This document shows, piece by piece, positions 22,201-31,710 of a DNA stretch of 64,000 nucleotides (position 1 is its first letter; every line of letters begins with the position of its first letter). Under the pieces are notes generated by a model. That model worked only from the letters and a program-made list of their open reading frames with translations. It had not been told where the DNA came from and did no database searches. The stretch comes from an uncultured delta proteobacterium. GTDB taxonomy: Bacteria; Myxococcota; Myxococcia; Myxococcales; Myxococcaceae. The translations under genes were made by a program, and so were the position numbers. The stretch covers positions 192,001 to 256,000 of the forward strand of contig CAVQKE010000001.1 in NCBI GenBank assembly GCA_963713045.1, written 5' to 3'.

Positions 22201-22634
22201 TCTTCAAGTACAAGCGGCTCGAGTGGACCCTGGCGTCGCTCTATCGAAAGGGCTTTGCCCTGGAGCGCTTCGGCCAAACCATTCTCGAGACGCCCACTCC
22301 ACCGGAGGTGAAGCGGCTGGGAGACGAGGCGGTGGCCTCCTACCAAGACCAGCTGCAGCAGCAGACGGCGGCGCTCGAAGACAAGGCGGTGGAGAGCTAC
22401 GTCGCTACTCTCAATGAGGCGCGGAAGAACCGCATCAACAACGAATGGACGAAACGCACCCTGGAGGCGCTCAACCGCTACCGCCCCAAGGAATACCCCG
22501 TCTTGAAGGAGCCGAAGTCCGCGGTCGCGCTGGACGTCACCCACCCGGACGGGATGGTGGTGACGCTGGAGGGCAAGCCGCCGCCGCCCGACGCCGCGCC
22601 GGCCGGCAAGCTCCCCACCGGGAGCGACAAGTGA
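19230..22634 (+). CDS. Large secreted TPR protein (GltD/AgmU-like paralogue)
   Basis: Signal peptide, two TPR clusters, 1134 aa; precedes the TPR lipoprotein, small secreted protein and TonB-C protein. Confidence 0.75.
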   Translation: MLLLPFLLVVLAQAPAPAAAKGAAPVPAAPAAAESSQEEKADVSPENPAPPNPMRGLGRTPEEQRQLDEIGQAIQAYEAEAAEFRKDVQLLVQKKYEEKRNALGASYEKAIRDLEVIERKERLDAIAQFEEFLQRYPDEARYTPDVMFRLAELYYERSSDDHLIALREYEDKLKATEASPTAEPPPEPVPDFQPSIGIYQQLITRFPAYHLNDAAYYLLGYCLEKQNDFDNGQVAYKTLIARYPKSKFVTEAWVRIGEYYFDAYNDKGALAKAAEAYEAAVKDTKSPLYDKALYKLGWTYYKMDRFEDAVSRFLALADYYEAQKKDTGTETGGDLRNEALQYAAISLADETWGSVDRAKATFAKLGPRPYEAEVYKKMGDVFFDQTRHPEAVAAYQLALSKNPLMDEAPFVQQRIVEAYERDRKLDEAFKESEKLASGYGPGTAWYEKHKRDPDFISQVQTLAEKSLYGSAVYHHQQALALKGQGKLEEAKSAFEIAARAYASYLQRYPRSKNSYEVQFFAAECQYNSLQFAAAAQNYDAVRDSTADTRYTKDAAFNAVLAWQKLLEQLQRDKKLAAYPVLRSKERPEGEQVKAIPLADVEKHFIAASDAYVAAYGKDDKAPGVAYKAAELFYAHNDFPEARKRFELIIQTYPRNEVAKFATNLIVESYLVDKDWKSVEQVSARLAQNSAVIDPKSDLYRDLNKFKLAGRFKLADELMAKGDYDGAAKKYIELVDEDPKNEFADKALNNAAVAYENTRRFESALKLYERIFREYPNSKLADAALFRVAVNAENSYDFDKAVENYQRLVKDYPASKNREAALFNAGRLLEGQQRYREAAQTFTRYVELFPNAEDAPKNQYRAALLYEKQGDPKGEIKALEAFVKKFSSKPQQAELVVDAQKRIGEAYQKLQDDRAARRAFEEAAREFDRRGLKPEAAPLAAEAAAQARFQLAEYQFKDFDKLKIGGRGKALEKSFAVKRAAVKKVNDAYGEVFKYKRLEWTLASLYRKGFALERFGQTILETPTPPEVKRLGDEAVASYQDQLQQQTAALEDKAVESYVATLNEARKNRINNEWTKRTLEALNRYRPKEYPVLKEPKSAVALDVTHPDGMVVTLEGKPPPPDAAPAGKLPTGSDK

Positions 22635-24007
22635 AAGGGCACCCGCTGTCCAGCCTGGCCGCCGTTGCGCTTCTGGCCGGCTGCGCCGCGGGGCCCAAGC
22701 CCACCGAAGGGCCGGCGGCCGCAGCCTCCCCCGGCGCGGCGGCCGCAGCATCGCCAGCCGCCCACCCAACTGGGCTTCCACCGCCCAAGGTGACGCCGCC
22801 GGCCACGCAGGACCCGGCAGCTCGGGCCAGCTTCGCCAAAGCCGTCCAACTCGCCCAGGCCGGGGACGTGGCCGGCGCCGAGCGCGCCCTCAATGACGTC
22901 TTGCAGCGCGACCCTCGGCTGGACCACGCGTGGACGGACCTCGGCGTTCTCGCCGAGCGCAAGGGAGACTTGCCCGGCGCCGAGAAGGACTACCGACAGG
23001 CCCTGGCGTTGGCACCGGACCAGGAAGCAGCCTGGGACTTCCTGTCCCGGCTGTTGTGCCGCCAAGGCCGGGCGCAGGAGATGCAGCAGCTGGCCACCGC
23101 GCGCTGCGCCGCCGCGCCCACTGCCCCGGGGCCCCGCAACGCCCTGGCCTTTGCCTTGTTGGAGCTGAACCAGCCTCAGGCGGCTGAGGCCGAGGCGAAG
23201 AAAGTCCTCAAAGAAGAAGAGCGCAACGTCCGCGCGATGCAGCTTTTGGCCCAGGCCTACTTCCGCGAAGGCAAGTATGAATTGGCCAAGCTGGTGCTGG
23301 AAAACGCGCGCGCGGTGGATGCCACCGACGCCGCCACCCGCAACCTTCTGGGAAGCACCCTGCTGCGGCTGAAACAGCGGCCGCTGGCCCTCGAGGAGTT
23401 CCGCGCCGCCGCCCAAAGCCGTCCCGACTTTGCCGAGGCGCGCAACAACTACGGCGTGATGCTGGTGGAGGCGGGGGACTTTGACGGGGCGGTAAGGGAA
23501 TTGGAGGCGGCGGTGGCCTTGGCGCCGGACTTCGTCGCGGCGCGGCTCAACTTGGGCAACGCCTACCGGGGCAAACTGGCGCTGCAGCAGGCGGAGGCCC
23601 AGTACCAGAAGGTGGTGGAGCTCCAGCCGGCCTTGGCCGACACCTACTTCAACCTCGCCATCCTCAACCTGGATTCGGATTTGCCTGGGGTGGACACCGT
23701 GGAGCGGATGAATCGCGCGGTCGCCTACTTCAAGACGTATCGCGAAAAGGGCGGCAACGACGAGCGGGTGGACCAGTACCTGAAGGACGCTGCCAAGGGC
23801 ATCGACCGAGAGCAGCGCCGGCGTGAACGCGAGAAGAAGGACCAGCTGCGGAAGGTGGAGAAGGACAAAGAGGCAGCCGCTGCGCCCACCAAGGCCGCCG
23901 GCACCCAGCCCGCCGCGCCGGCCGCCAAGGGTAAGCCACCCGCCTCCAAGCTCCAGAGCACCCCGCCCTCGCAAGGCCCTGCTAAGCTCAACTCAGACGA
24001 CAAATGA
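22631..24007 (+). CDS. TPR lipoprotein (GltE/AglT-like paralogue)
   Basis: GTG overlapping the previous TGA, lipobox LLAGC, TPRs. Confidence 0.75.
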   Translation: MKGHPLSSLAAVALLAGCAAGPKPTEGPAAAASPGAAAAASPAAHPTGLPPPKVTPPATQDPAARASFAKAVQLAQAGDVAGAERALNDVLQRDPRLDHAWTDLGVLAERKGDLPGAEKDYRQALALAPDQEAAWDFLSRLLCRQGRAQEMQQLATARCAAAPTAPGPRNALAFALLELNQPQAAEAEAKKVLKEEERNVRAMQLLAQAYFREGKYELAKLVLENARAVDATDAATRNLLGSTLLRLKQRPLALEEFRAAAQSRPDFAEARNNYGVMLVEAGDFDGAVRELEAAVALAPDFVAARLNLGNAYRGKLALQQAEAQYQKVVELQPALADTYFNLAILNLDSDLPGVDTVERMNRAVAYFKTYREKGGNDERVDQYLKDAAKGIDREQRRREREKKDQLRKVEKDKEAAAAPTKAAGTQPAAPAAKGKPPASKLQSTPPSQGPAKLNSDDK

Positions 24008-24321
24008 CGGACTTCTCCTCTGCTGGCCGCGCCGTCTTCCTCGCCCTCTGGGTGCTGGCCATGCCGGCCGCGGCCCAAGAAAGTGCCCCCAGCGCTGCGC
24101 CGCCAGCTGCCCCACCTGCCGCCAAAGTCTCCAAGGAAGCGCACAGCACCAAGGGCGGCCGCAAAGTCATCAAGTTGGAGGCCATCACCGTCGAGGGACG
24201 CATCCAGAAACCCCAGGCCTTCTACATTCTGCAGCGACAGAACCTCAATTTCGACGAACTCAACCGCACCGAAAGCTTTCTCTACAAGGTGCTGAAGAGT
24301 GTCGAGCACGACCCCTTGTAG
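24004..24321 (+). CDS. Small secreted GltF/CglF-like protein
   Basis: Signal peptide; ITVEGRIQKPQAFYILQR..NF..L..ESF motif. Confidence 0.7.
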   Translation: MTDFSSAGRAVFLALWVLAMPAAAQESAPSAAPPAAPPAAKVSKEAHSTKGGRKVIKLEAITVEGRIQKPQAFYILQRQNLNFDELNRTESFLYKVLKSVEHDPL

Positions 24322-24327
24322 GGCCCA

Positions 24328-25638
24328 ATGACTCGCACCTCGGCTGGTCAAAAAATTCTCCGCGTGGCCATCATCCAGGGCGGAAAAATCATCGAGGAGC
24401 GCCACATTCGGCGCCCGGACAGCGTCTCGGTGGGCCAGGACGCGAAAAACACCTTCGTCGTACCGGCCAGCAACCTCCCGCCCAGCTTTCCCGTCTTCGA
24501 CTTCCGCGGGACGCACTACTACCTCCTCTTCACGGAGCGCATGGACGGCCGTGTCCGCATCGGCAACCGGGACGTGGACTTCGCCACCCTGCGCACCCAG
24601 AAACTGGCCCAGCGACGGGGCAGCGTCTTCGCGCTGCAACTCGACGAGTCGGCGATGGGCAAGGTGGTGCTGGGAGAAGTCACCCTGCTCTTTCAATTCG
24701 TCCCGCCTCCGCCGGCGCCCAGCCGGATGGCGCTGCCGGCGGAGTACCGCGGCACGCTGTGGTCGTCTTTGGACCACCTCTTCTTCGGCATTCTGGCCGC
24801 CTCGGTGCTGTTCTTCTTCTCCATCGCCGCCATCATCGCCCTGGCCCCCAAGCCACCCGACTCCGACGTCACGTTGGACGAGCTTCCGGACCGGTTTGCC
24901 AAGCTGCTGGTTCCCCCCAAGCCGCCCGAGCCTGAGAAGCCCAAGGACGAGCCGAAGGCCGAGGAGAAGGTGGAGAAGAAGGAACCGGTGAAGAAGAAGG
25001 AGAAGCCGGCTTCGGATGAGGCGCGCAAGGCGGCCATCGCCCAGAAAGTGCAGAGCAAAGGCATTCTCAAAATTCTCGGTGCCTCCGGCGGACAGGGAGC
25101 CCTCAAGGATTTGCTCGGTGAAGGCACCGGCACCCAGGACGTGGCCACGGCGCTCAAGGGTGCCCAGGGCGGCGTGGTGGTGGCCACCACCGGTGGCGTC
25201 GGCGGACCGCGCGGGGGCGGTGCCGGCTCGGCGGCCGGCATTGGCGAGCTCGGCACGGCGGGGGGTGGAAACGTCTCTCTCGGCTCTAAAGGGGACGCTC
25301 GGGTGACAGGAAAGGTGGCCGCCGCAGCGCCCGAGGTGGACAGCGCGGACGTGGACCGGGAGGCCTTGGCTCGGTACATCAAAGCCCGTCTCACCGCCAT
25401 TCGCGGCTGCTACGAAAAGGAGCTCAAGCGCAACCCCACCTTGAAGGGCAAGGTGGTGGTGCGCTTCAACATCACCCCGGCTGGACGCGCTAGCGACATC
25501 CGCCTGGAGGAAAATTCGGTGGGCAGCGCCGAGGTGGGCCAATGCATCGTCAGCCTGATGCGCTCCTGGGTGTTCCCCTTCAAGCCGCCCGACGAGGTGC
25601 CGGTCCAGTACCCCTTCCTCTTCACCGCCTCGCAGTAG
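24328..25638 (+). CDS. GltG-like protein: cytoplasmic FHA-like domain, TM, Gly-rich region, TonB-C (AgmX/PglI-type) domain
   Basis: One TM helix, Pro/Lys linker, IRGCYEKELKRNPTLKGKVVVRFNI...YPFLF. Confidence 0.8.
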   Translation: MTRTSAGQKILRVAIIQGGKIIEERHIRRPDSVSVGQDAKNTFVVPASNLPPSFPVFDFRGTHYYLLFTERMDGRVRIGNRDVDFATLRTQKLAQRRGSVFALQLDESAMGKVVLGEVTLLFQFVPPPPAPSRMALPAEYRGTLWSSLDHLFFGILAASVLFFFSIAAIIALAPKPPDSDVTLDELPDRFAKLLVPPKPPEPEKPKDEPKAEEKVEKKEPVKKKEKPASDEARKAAIAQKVQSKGILKILGASGGQGALKDLLGEGTGTQDVATALKGAQGGVVVATTGGVGGPRGGGAGSAAGIGELGTAGGGNVSLGSKGDARVTGKVAAAAPEVDSADVDREALARYIKARLTAIRGCYEKELKRNPTLKGKVVVRFNITPAGRASDIRLEENSVGSAEVGQCIVSLMRSWVFPFKPPDEVPVQYPFLFTASQ

Positions 25639-25740
25639 CCAGTCTTGCCCTGAAGTCGCGCGGTGGCGCAGGACCCAGGGGAAGTTGCGGCGCGTTTGAC
25701 ACACCGCTTAAGGGCTACCTAACCTCACGTCCAAGGCCTC

Positions 25741-26304
25741 ATGTCCTCCCGTCTCCAACTCCTCCTTCCAGCCCTGCTGCTGGCGCCGCTGGCACTGGCG
25801 CAAACGCCGCCTCCGCCAGTGCGCACTGGCACCGCTCCGCCAGAGGAAAAGGCCTCCGAGGTGCCGGACGCGACGAAGCTGAGTCGGAGCTCCGCCGCCG
25901 TCGCGCAAATGCAGGCCACCTACAAGGCCGTGCTCGGCAAGCTGGAGGAAGCGCGCAACACCAAGGACGTGGTGAAGCTGAATTGCGTCAATGAAAAGCT
26001 CACCCAGGTGAAAGGGCTGCTGCGCATCTCCGAGCAGTCGGACGTGGCGCTGCAGGAGGCGGTGGCCAAGAAGGACGAGCCGACTGCCGACCACGAATAC
26101 ACCAAAGTCACCATCGCCCAGTCCAAAACGGAGCAACTGCGGACCGAGGCCGAGCAGTGCATTGGTCAGCTGGCCTTCCGAACGGACGAAAATCTCAATG
26201 TCGAGGTGCTGGTGCCGTCGGACCTTCCCGGTGGAGACCCCACCAACCCGCCGTCCCCAAACCTAGCCACCGTCAGCCCTCCTCCGGCCAGTCCGGTTCA
26301 CTAG
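25741..26304 (+). CDS. Secreted helical protein with two Cys
   Basis: Signal peptide, KLNCVNEKL and AEQCIG; TTGACA about 45 nt upstream. Confidence 0.7.
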   Translation: MSSRLQLLLPALLLAPLALAQTPPPPVRTGTAPPEEKASEVPDATKLSRSSAAVAQMQATYKAVLGKLEEARNTKDVVKLNCVNEKLTQVKGLLRISEQSDVALQEAVAKKDEPTADHEYTKVTIAQSKTEQLRTEAEQCIGQLAFRTDENLNVEVLVPSDLPGGDPTNPPSPNLATVSPPPASPVH

Positions 26305-26468
26305 ACTGCTGTAAACCTTCCACCGTGCTGGAGTGACGGATGGGCAACGCTGGCGCCCATTTGTTGGAATGGGTCCGCCGCGACGTGCTATGTCCTCGCT
26401 ACGCGCTGCGCTGTAGCGCGAAGGCGGGGTACGGACCCACCTATGAGCCCAAGGGGTTCGCGGGAGGT

Positions 26469-27794
26469 ATGAGGCGTCCGCACCAAATTGCTGCCGCCGG
26501 GGCCCTGGCCGCCTGTGTGGTGGTCTTTTTGCCGTGTCTCGCCCTCGCGCAGGACACCTCGGAAGTCGCCTCGAGCACCGCACCCGAAGCACTTTCCGGG
26601 GAAAAGCCACAGGAGAATGGTTTCAAGATTGGCCCCGGGCGTCTTCACTTCTTCCTGACTGAGGGGCTGGCCTACAACTCCGCCGCCGTCGTCATCCCCA
26701 ACGCCAACGGGACGTACACCATTGAGGGCGAGATGATTCTGCACACTCGCCCGGGCCTGAACTTGGAAATCGACGGGGACAACAACACCTTCGGGTTGAA
26801 CGGCTACGTCGACTACCTCTGGTACACCGGCTGGATTACCCCGGGAGACCAAAACGCGAGCATCCTCGACGCTGCCGCGGACCTCCACGGCGCTTTCAAC
26901 AAGAATGGTGCCGTCGGCTTCAACATTGTGGACACCTTCAGCCGGTCGGCCAGCAGCTACACCCCCTCGGTGCCGGTCGGCGTCATCTCGCTCTACAACA
27001 ACGTGGGCATCGAGGTGCCCATCCGCCCTGGCGGCCGGGCGCTCGAGATTGTGCCCCACGGCTCCTACGTGGTGGAGGCCTTCCAGCAGTACTCGGGGGT
27101 CGTGCCTGGCAGCGGCGCCTGCACCAACCCGCCCGTTCCTGGCTCGCCCTGCGACGTCTCCCAGTACAACTACCAGGAACTGATTGGCGGACTGGACGCC
27201 AAGCTAAAATTCCTTCCGGAGACGGCCTTCGTCTTCACCAGCAGCTACACCGCCCCCTGGTACAGCCAGCCAACCCTCAATCCCGGAGCGGACGAGTTGA
27301 AGCTGGAGGTGGGGCTGGTCGGCCTCGTCAGCACCAAACTGTCCGTCATCCTCAAAGCGGGCTGGGCGCAGGGTTGGGGCTCGGGCGCGACCTCGACCGT
27401 GATTGGGCAGGCGGAATTGACATGGCTTCCCACGGAGCTGGCCAGCCTGGCGGTGGGCTTCCTGCGGGACGTCTACCCAGTGTCTGGCAATGGAAGCTAC
27501 GTCGACGACCGGCCCTACCTGACGGGAAAGATGTTTCTCGGCGGCCGACTTTCGCTGACCCTCACCGCGGCGTACGACTTTTTCACCTTTGCGCTGGGGA
27601 ACCCTGCGACGCCCACCACTGGACGCAACGACACTCAGCTGACTGTCAACTTGGTGGCCGACTACCAGGTGCTGCGCTGGTTCGTGGTCGGTGCTGGCCT
27701 GCTTGTCACCTACCACACCAGCTCCGAATCGACCGACAACGCGCTGAACTACACGCAGTGGGAACCCTACGTGCAGGTGACCTTCACGTACTAG
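26469..27794 (+). CDS. Outer-membrane beta-barrel, likely partner of the adjacent OPX (EpsX/Wzp-like); start uncertain
   Basis: Signal peptide, alternating beta strands, C-terminal YVQVTFTY beta-signal. Confidence 0.75.
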   Translation: MRRPHQIAAAGALAACVVVFLPCLALAQDTSEVASSTAPEALSGEKPQENGFKIGPGRLHFFLTEGLAYNSAAVVIPNANGTYTIEGEMILHTRPGLNLEIDGDNNTFGLNGYVDYLWYTGWITPGDQNASILDAAADLHGAFNKNGAVGFNIVDTFSRSASSYTPSVPVGVISLYNNVGIEVPIRPGGRALEIVPHGSYVVEAFQQYSGVVPGSGACTNPPVPGSPCDVSQYNYQELIGGLDAKLKFLPETAFVFTSSYTAPWYSQPTLNPGADELKLEVGLVGLVSTKLSVILKAGWAQGWGSGATSTVIGQAELTWLPTELASLAVGFLRDVYPVSGNGSYVDDRPYLTGKMFLGGRLSLTLTAAYDFFTFALGNPATPTTGRNDTQLTVNLVADYQVLRWFVVGAGLLVTYHTSSESTDNALNYTQWEPYVQVTFTY

Positions 27795-27795
27795 A

Positions 27796-28428
27796 GTGGT
27801 GGCCTCCCGCGTGACGTGCCGACCCCGTCTTCTCCTGGTACTCCTTCTGGCGGCGTCCGCCTGTGTTGGGCCGCATGGTGGGAGCGTTCCCACCAGCAAC
27901 GCCTCGGAGATGTCGCCCTCCCCCGGAGTACAGCCGAGCGCCAGCACCCTTGGCGCCGGTGACCTGCTCGAGGTGCGTGTCTTCGAGGAGCCGGACCTCT
28001 CCGGCCCCTACCGCGTCAGTCCCGGGGGCACCATCGACTTCCCGCTGTGCGGCAAGGTCAAGGTGGAGGGACTCAACGGAAGCGGGACGGCCGACCTGCT
28101 CACCAAGTGCCTCGGGGAGAAGTACCTGAAGCGCCCCCAGGTGTCGGTGCTGGTCCGGGAATACAACAGCAAAAAAATATTTGTCTTCGGCGAGGTACAA
28201 AAGCCGGGGACTTTCCCCTACGACGAGGAGATGTCCATCATCCAGGCCATCACCGTCGCAGGCGGCTTCAGCAAGCTGGCCAGCAAAAACGACGTGAATG
28301 TGACGCGCGTCGTGGCTGGCCAGGAAACAAAAATTCGCGTTCGGGTGGCCGACATTGGCACCGGCCGCGAGAAGAACCTCAAGCTTCTGCCGGGAGACAT
28401 TGTCTTCGTCCCGGAGAGCCTCTTCTAG
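27796..28428 (+). CDS. Short OPX (Wza-like) polysaccharide export lipoprotein
   Basis: Lipobox [32 protein letters not shown] domain, ends [12 protein letters not shown] with no TM helix. Confidence 0.9.
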   Translation: MVASRVTCRPRLLLVLLLAASACVGPHGGSVPTSNASEMSPSPGVQPSASTLGAGDLLEVRVFEEPDLSGPYRVSPGGTIDFPLCGKVKVEGLNGSGTADLLTKCLGEKYLKRPQVSVLVREYNSKKIFVFGEVQKPGTFPYDEEMSIIQAITVAGGFSKLASKNDVNVTRVVAGQETKIRVRVADIGTGREKNLKLLPGDIVFVPESLF

Positions 28429-28571
28429 GGCACGTCGCTGACCAACGTCATTACCGCGCCGCCGGAGCGCGACGCGGCGCCGGCGAAGCGACGGGCGAAC
28501 GCCAGCGGAAGTTGGGAGACGCCCCAGGCCCTCGCGACCGAGGTCCTCCTCGTGAGAGTCTCCACTGGTCG

Positions 28572-29447
28572 GTGCCTGCACCACTGAAATTAGAGGGTCA
28601 TGCCTTTGGCGTCGGCTTTCGGGTCGAGGCAGACTCTGAGGAGCTCCTTGCGGAAGCGCGCCTTCGGATGCCGCCCACGTGGAGCCAGGGACGCGCCGGG
28701 ACTCCGCGAAGGGCCTACACTTTGGCGCACGCACCCGACGGAGTCCTCGTCACCTCGGAAGGCGCTTCACTTGGACGAAGCCTGTCGCACCTGGGGGCAT
28801 TGGATGTCCTCGAAAGCGACCTGCAACTCTTCGTGGCCCAGCATTCGAGAGCCTTCGTCTTCCTCCATGCCGGGGTCGTGGCCGTGGGCGGGAAGGCGCT
28901 GCTGCTCCCTGGCACCTCGGGTGCCGGAAAAACGACACTGGTCCGTGCGCTTCTGGAGGCGGGCGCAGCCTATTACTCGGACGAGTACGCCCTCTTAGAC
29001 GCTGCGGGCCGTGTCCACCCATACCCACGCGCTCTCTCCATCCGAAGGGCGGATGGCCAAAAGGTCCGTGAGCCGGTGCATCCGACGCTTGCGCCGACTG
29101 GAGCAGCACCGTTACCGGTGGGAGTTGTTGTCCTGACGGAATATTGCAGAGGCGCCCACTGGAGGCCTCGGCCATTGACGCCAGGTGAAGTGGCACTGGC
29201 ACTGCTCAGCAATACCGTCCCTGTGCGAGAACGTCCCGCCGAGGTCCTGGCGACCCTCGCTCGGGCCGTCTCAGGAGCGGTGGGATTTCGCAGTGTTCGC
29301 GGGTCGGCAAAGGCGATTGCGCCAGCGATGTTGCGGTTGGCCGACGGGAAGGCAAGGAGTGCTAATCTCACGCCTCATGTTCAGCCCGGCCGCCTTCGTA
29401 CCGCAGCCCCGCCGGCGCGGCGTCGTCTCCCAGGAAATCGACGGTGA
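28572..29447 (+). CDS. HPr-kinase-like (lasso/RiPP-kinase-like) P-loop protein; start uncertain (GTG 28572 or ATG 28668)
   Basis: FLHAGVV, Walker A GTSGAGKTT, YYSDEYALLD..VHPYPR. Confidence 0.8.
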   Translation: MPAPLKLEGHAFGVGFRVEADSEELLAEARLRMPPTWSQGRAGTPRRAYTLAHAPDGVLVTSEGASLGRSLSHLGALDVLESDLQLFVAQHSRAFVFLHAGVVAVGGKALLLPGTSGAGKTTLVRALLEAGAAYYSDEYALLDAAGRVHPYPRALSIRRADGQKVREPVHPTLAPTGAAPLPVGVVVLTEYCRGAHWRPRPLTPGEVALALLSNTVPVRERPAEVLATLARAVSGAVGFRSVRGSAKAIAPAMLRLADGKARSANLTPHVQPGRLRTAAPPARRRLPGNRR

Positions 29448-29829
29448 GACGCTGTTGTACGTTGAGGAGACGCATCAAGCCTCCTCGCTGAATGGTCCGG
29501 CAAGCCGCATCTGGAACCTCTGCGATGGGAAGCGCTCCGTCGAGGCCATCGCGTTCGAGGCGAAGCTGGTCCCAGACATTGTGGCGTCTGCCGTGAGGAA
29601 ACTCGCGGATGCTGGACTGCTCGAGAACGGAGCCGGATTGCCTTCGAGCTACTCACGCCGCCGAATCGCCATCGGCCTCGGGCTGGCCGTACCCGTTATT
29701 CTGATGGTGATTGCTCCCGGTGCAGCGGGGGCGGCGTCAATCTGCCAGGGCACAGGGAGATGTAATCCTCTCGGCCCTCCGTGCTGCTCAACAGGGGAAG
29801 CGTGCCCGGCTACGAACCCCTTCTGTTGA
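29377..29829 (+). CDS. PqqD/RRE domain fused to a twin-Arg hydrophobic segment and six-Cys core (putative RiPP precursor 1, 150 aa)
   Basis: EIDGETLLY..HQASSLNGPASRIWNLCDG..L..AGLL (PqqD); SRRRIAIGLGLAVPVILMVIAPGAAGAAS; core ICQGTGRCNPLGPPCCSTGEACPATNPFC. Confidence 0.85.
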   Translation: MFSPAAFVPQPRRRGVVSQEIDGETLLYVEETHQASSLNGPASRIWNLCDGKRSVEAIAFEAKLVPDIVASAVRKLADAGLLENGAGLPSSYSRRRIAIGLGLAVPVILMVIAPGAAGAASICQGTGRCNPLGPPCCSTGEACPATNPFC

Positions 29830-29955
29830 GAGGTATGAAGCGCGGGCTCGCCAGCTGACGAGTCCTGCCGTGACGCCAGGCGGCATCGTCAAGAAGCCTC
29901 GCCGTCCAGCTTCGCCCTGTCGCCTTGTTCGGCGCGTCAAGCCTGAGGCGCGACT

Positions 29956-31710
29956 TCAAGGGCCGGTTGTGAACGTGCGAGTCGCGCTAAAACTCGCATT
30001 CAAGTCAAACGACAATTTATTAATCCCACCTGGGTTCGCCAGCACGTCGACGGTGGAAACAGGAGCCAACCCGAGGATGAACCAACTGTATCCAGTGGTC
30101 GCCGGCAGCGGAAGGCCAGCAAGGTCGGGAATGGTCACCGACGTCGCCGCGGTAATGACATAAAAGGTTGGTCCGGACGTGCTATAGACTTCCAATTCGT
30201 AAACTCCTTGCGGATAGATGCTCCAGGAGAATGGAGTCCCCGCGTCGACGCCGGTGGCCAAATCCGATGGAGTGATGAGCGTCGGTGCGGCAGGAATGAT
30301 GAGCGCGACGTTCTGTGAGGTCGCGGAAAGATCCGCGGCCTGCACAGCGCTGTACTCTCCGGCCGCGCTGGTTGCGGAGGCTGAAACGATGAGGTCGGTA
30401 TTCGAAATCACTGGCGCGACGTAGGAGAAGGTCGCGCCGGGGCTCGGATCATAGAGAAGACTCAGGGTGAGACCTGCATCCGCGTCCGCCAAGAGGGACA
30501 TCGTTTTGCCGGCCACGGTGTAACCGACTGGGGCACTCACCGTTCCGGTCAACATGCCGGTGGGTAACGGGGCGGAACCGAGATTGACGTCCAAACCACT
30601 GACAGTCCCCGTGTCCGCGAGGGTGACGCCACCCAGCGTGCCATACCCCGGGTAATCTGCCGGAAGGTTCGCACTGTTGTGAATCTGCAGGGCGTAGAGC
30701 GTTCCCGTTGTACTCACCGGTCCCGGCCACTTCACAGGCAGCGACGTGTAACTTCCAGAAGTTTGGTCCTTCAGGTTGACCGTCGCTTGCGGGGAGGAGA
30801 ACAGGAAAACCGTGTCATAAGCGGCCGTCTCTGGATAGAGGCCGCCAATGAATTGGCCGGAGATACTCGCGCCCCGATTGTTCGTTAAGTAGACGAAAGC
30901 CGAGAGAAAGGGATCGGCTCTCGTGAGGCCTTGGTACTCAATCGCCTGCGTTGTCTGGATGACGGTCGCGTCGTAAGGCGTTGGGACATTCGGTACGTTG
31001 AAGGTCCCGTCAGCGGCCGAGACAGCAGTCTGGCTGAAGCCGCCATCCGAAGTTGAGATGAGGACGGTTTCTCCTGCGATGGGCTGCCCGTTGTTGTCAA
31101 CAACAGTTCCGGTGACATTGACCATGGGCTGCGCGGCGAGCACCACGACACCGGCATCCGCGCTGGTGCTGCCGCCATCGTTGGTGGCTGTCAACACGAA
31201 CATCGTTGAGACCGACACAAGCCCGGTGGCGTCACCGGCGTCAGTCGGGGTGACAGTCCCGACATTGGGTTCAATGGTCAGACTGTCTGCGCCTGTTACG
31301 TTCCAAGCAAACGTCACGTCACCGCCCCCTGCCTCTAGTGTGGACGGCGTCACAGTAAAGCTGTTGATAACTGGCGGGGGGATGCCAACCGAGACTCGGC
31401 ACATGGCAGTGCTCTGTCCGCCGAAGTTCGTCGCGAGGAGTGTGAAGGTCGTCGCGACAGTCACCTGGTCGGTGACGCTGCCTCCGGTGGGCGGGCTGAC
31501 TGGCTCGTTGTTGATGGAGACACTGGTCGCACCGCTAACCATCCAGGTAACGGTCACCGAGCCACCACCGAACGGAACAATCCCGGGGAAACAGGTGAAC
31601 CTTGTAATGGACGGGGCCGCGGGGGGGCCATTGTTGCAGCCAGCCATTGCCAGTACGGCAAGCAACGCGATGACCACCGTTCGCATCGGGACCATGTGCA
31701 TTTCCTCCAC
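29956..31710 (-). CDS. Lipoprotein with two Ig-like repeats and a carboxypeptidase-regulatory-like domain (start may be a downstream ATG)
   Basis: Lipobox LAMAGC; two repeats P.I..FT..P.....GG.VT..W.V.GA.S..I...F.L.ATN.GG; VTGTVVDNNGQPIAG. Confidence 0.75.
   Translation of the reverse strand: MEEMHMVPMRTVVIALLAVLAMAGCNNGPPAAPSITRFTCFPGIVPFGGGSVTVTWMVSGATSVSINNEPVSPPTGGSVTDQVTVATTFTLLATNFGGQSTAMCRVSVGIPPPVINSFTVTPSTLEAGGGDVTFAWNVTGADSLTIEPNVGTVTPTDAGDATGLVSVSTMFVLTATNDGGSTSADAGVVVLAAQPMVNVTGTVVDNNGQPIAGETVLISTSDGGFSQTAVSAADGTFNVPNVPTPYDATVIQTTQAIEYQGLTRADPFLSAFVYLTNNRGASISGQFIGGLYPETAAYDTVFLFSSPQATVNLKDQTSGSYTSLPVKWPGPVSTTGTLYALQIHNSANLPADYPGYGTLGGVTLADTGTVSGLDVNLGSAPLPTGMLTGTVSAPVGYTVAGKTMSLLADADAGLTLSLLYDPSPGATFSYVAPVISNTDLIVSASATSAAGEYSAVQAADLSATSQNVALIIPAAPTLITPSDLATGVDAGTPFSWSIYPQGVYELEVYSTSGPTFYVITAATSVTIPDLAGLPLPATTGYSWFILGLAPVSTVDVLANPGGINKLSFDLNASFSATRTFTTGP

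Noticed and set aside
17674..25704. Long minus-strand ORFs (530, 486, 502, 498 and 659 aa)
   Set aside because: Antisense shadows of strongly biased high-GC genes; no recognisable motifs.
28047..28571. Long N-terminal extension of the kinase overlapping the OPX gene
   Set aside because: Out-of-frame read of OPX and intergenic DNA; kinase-like sequence starts at about 28572.
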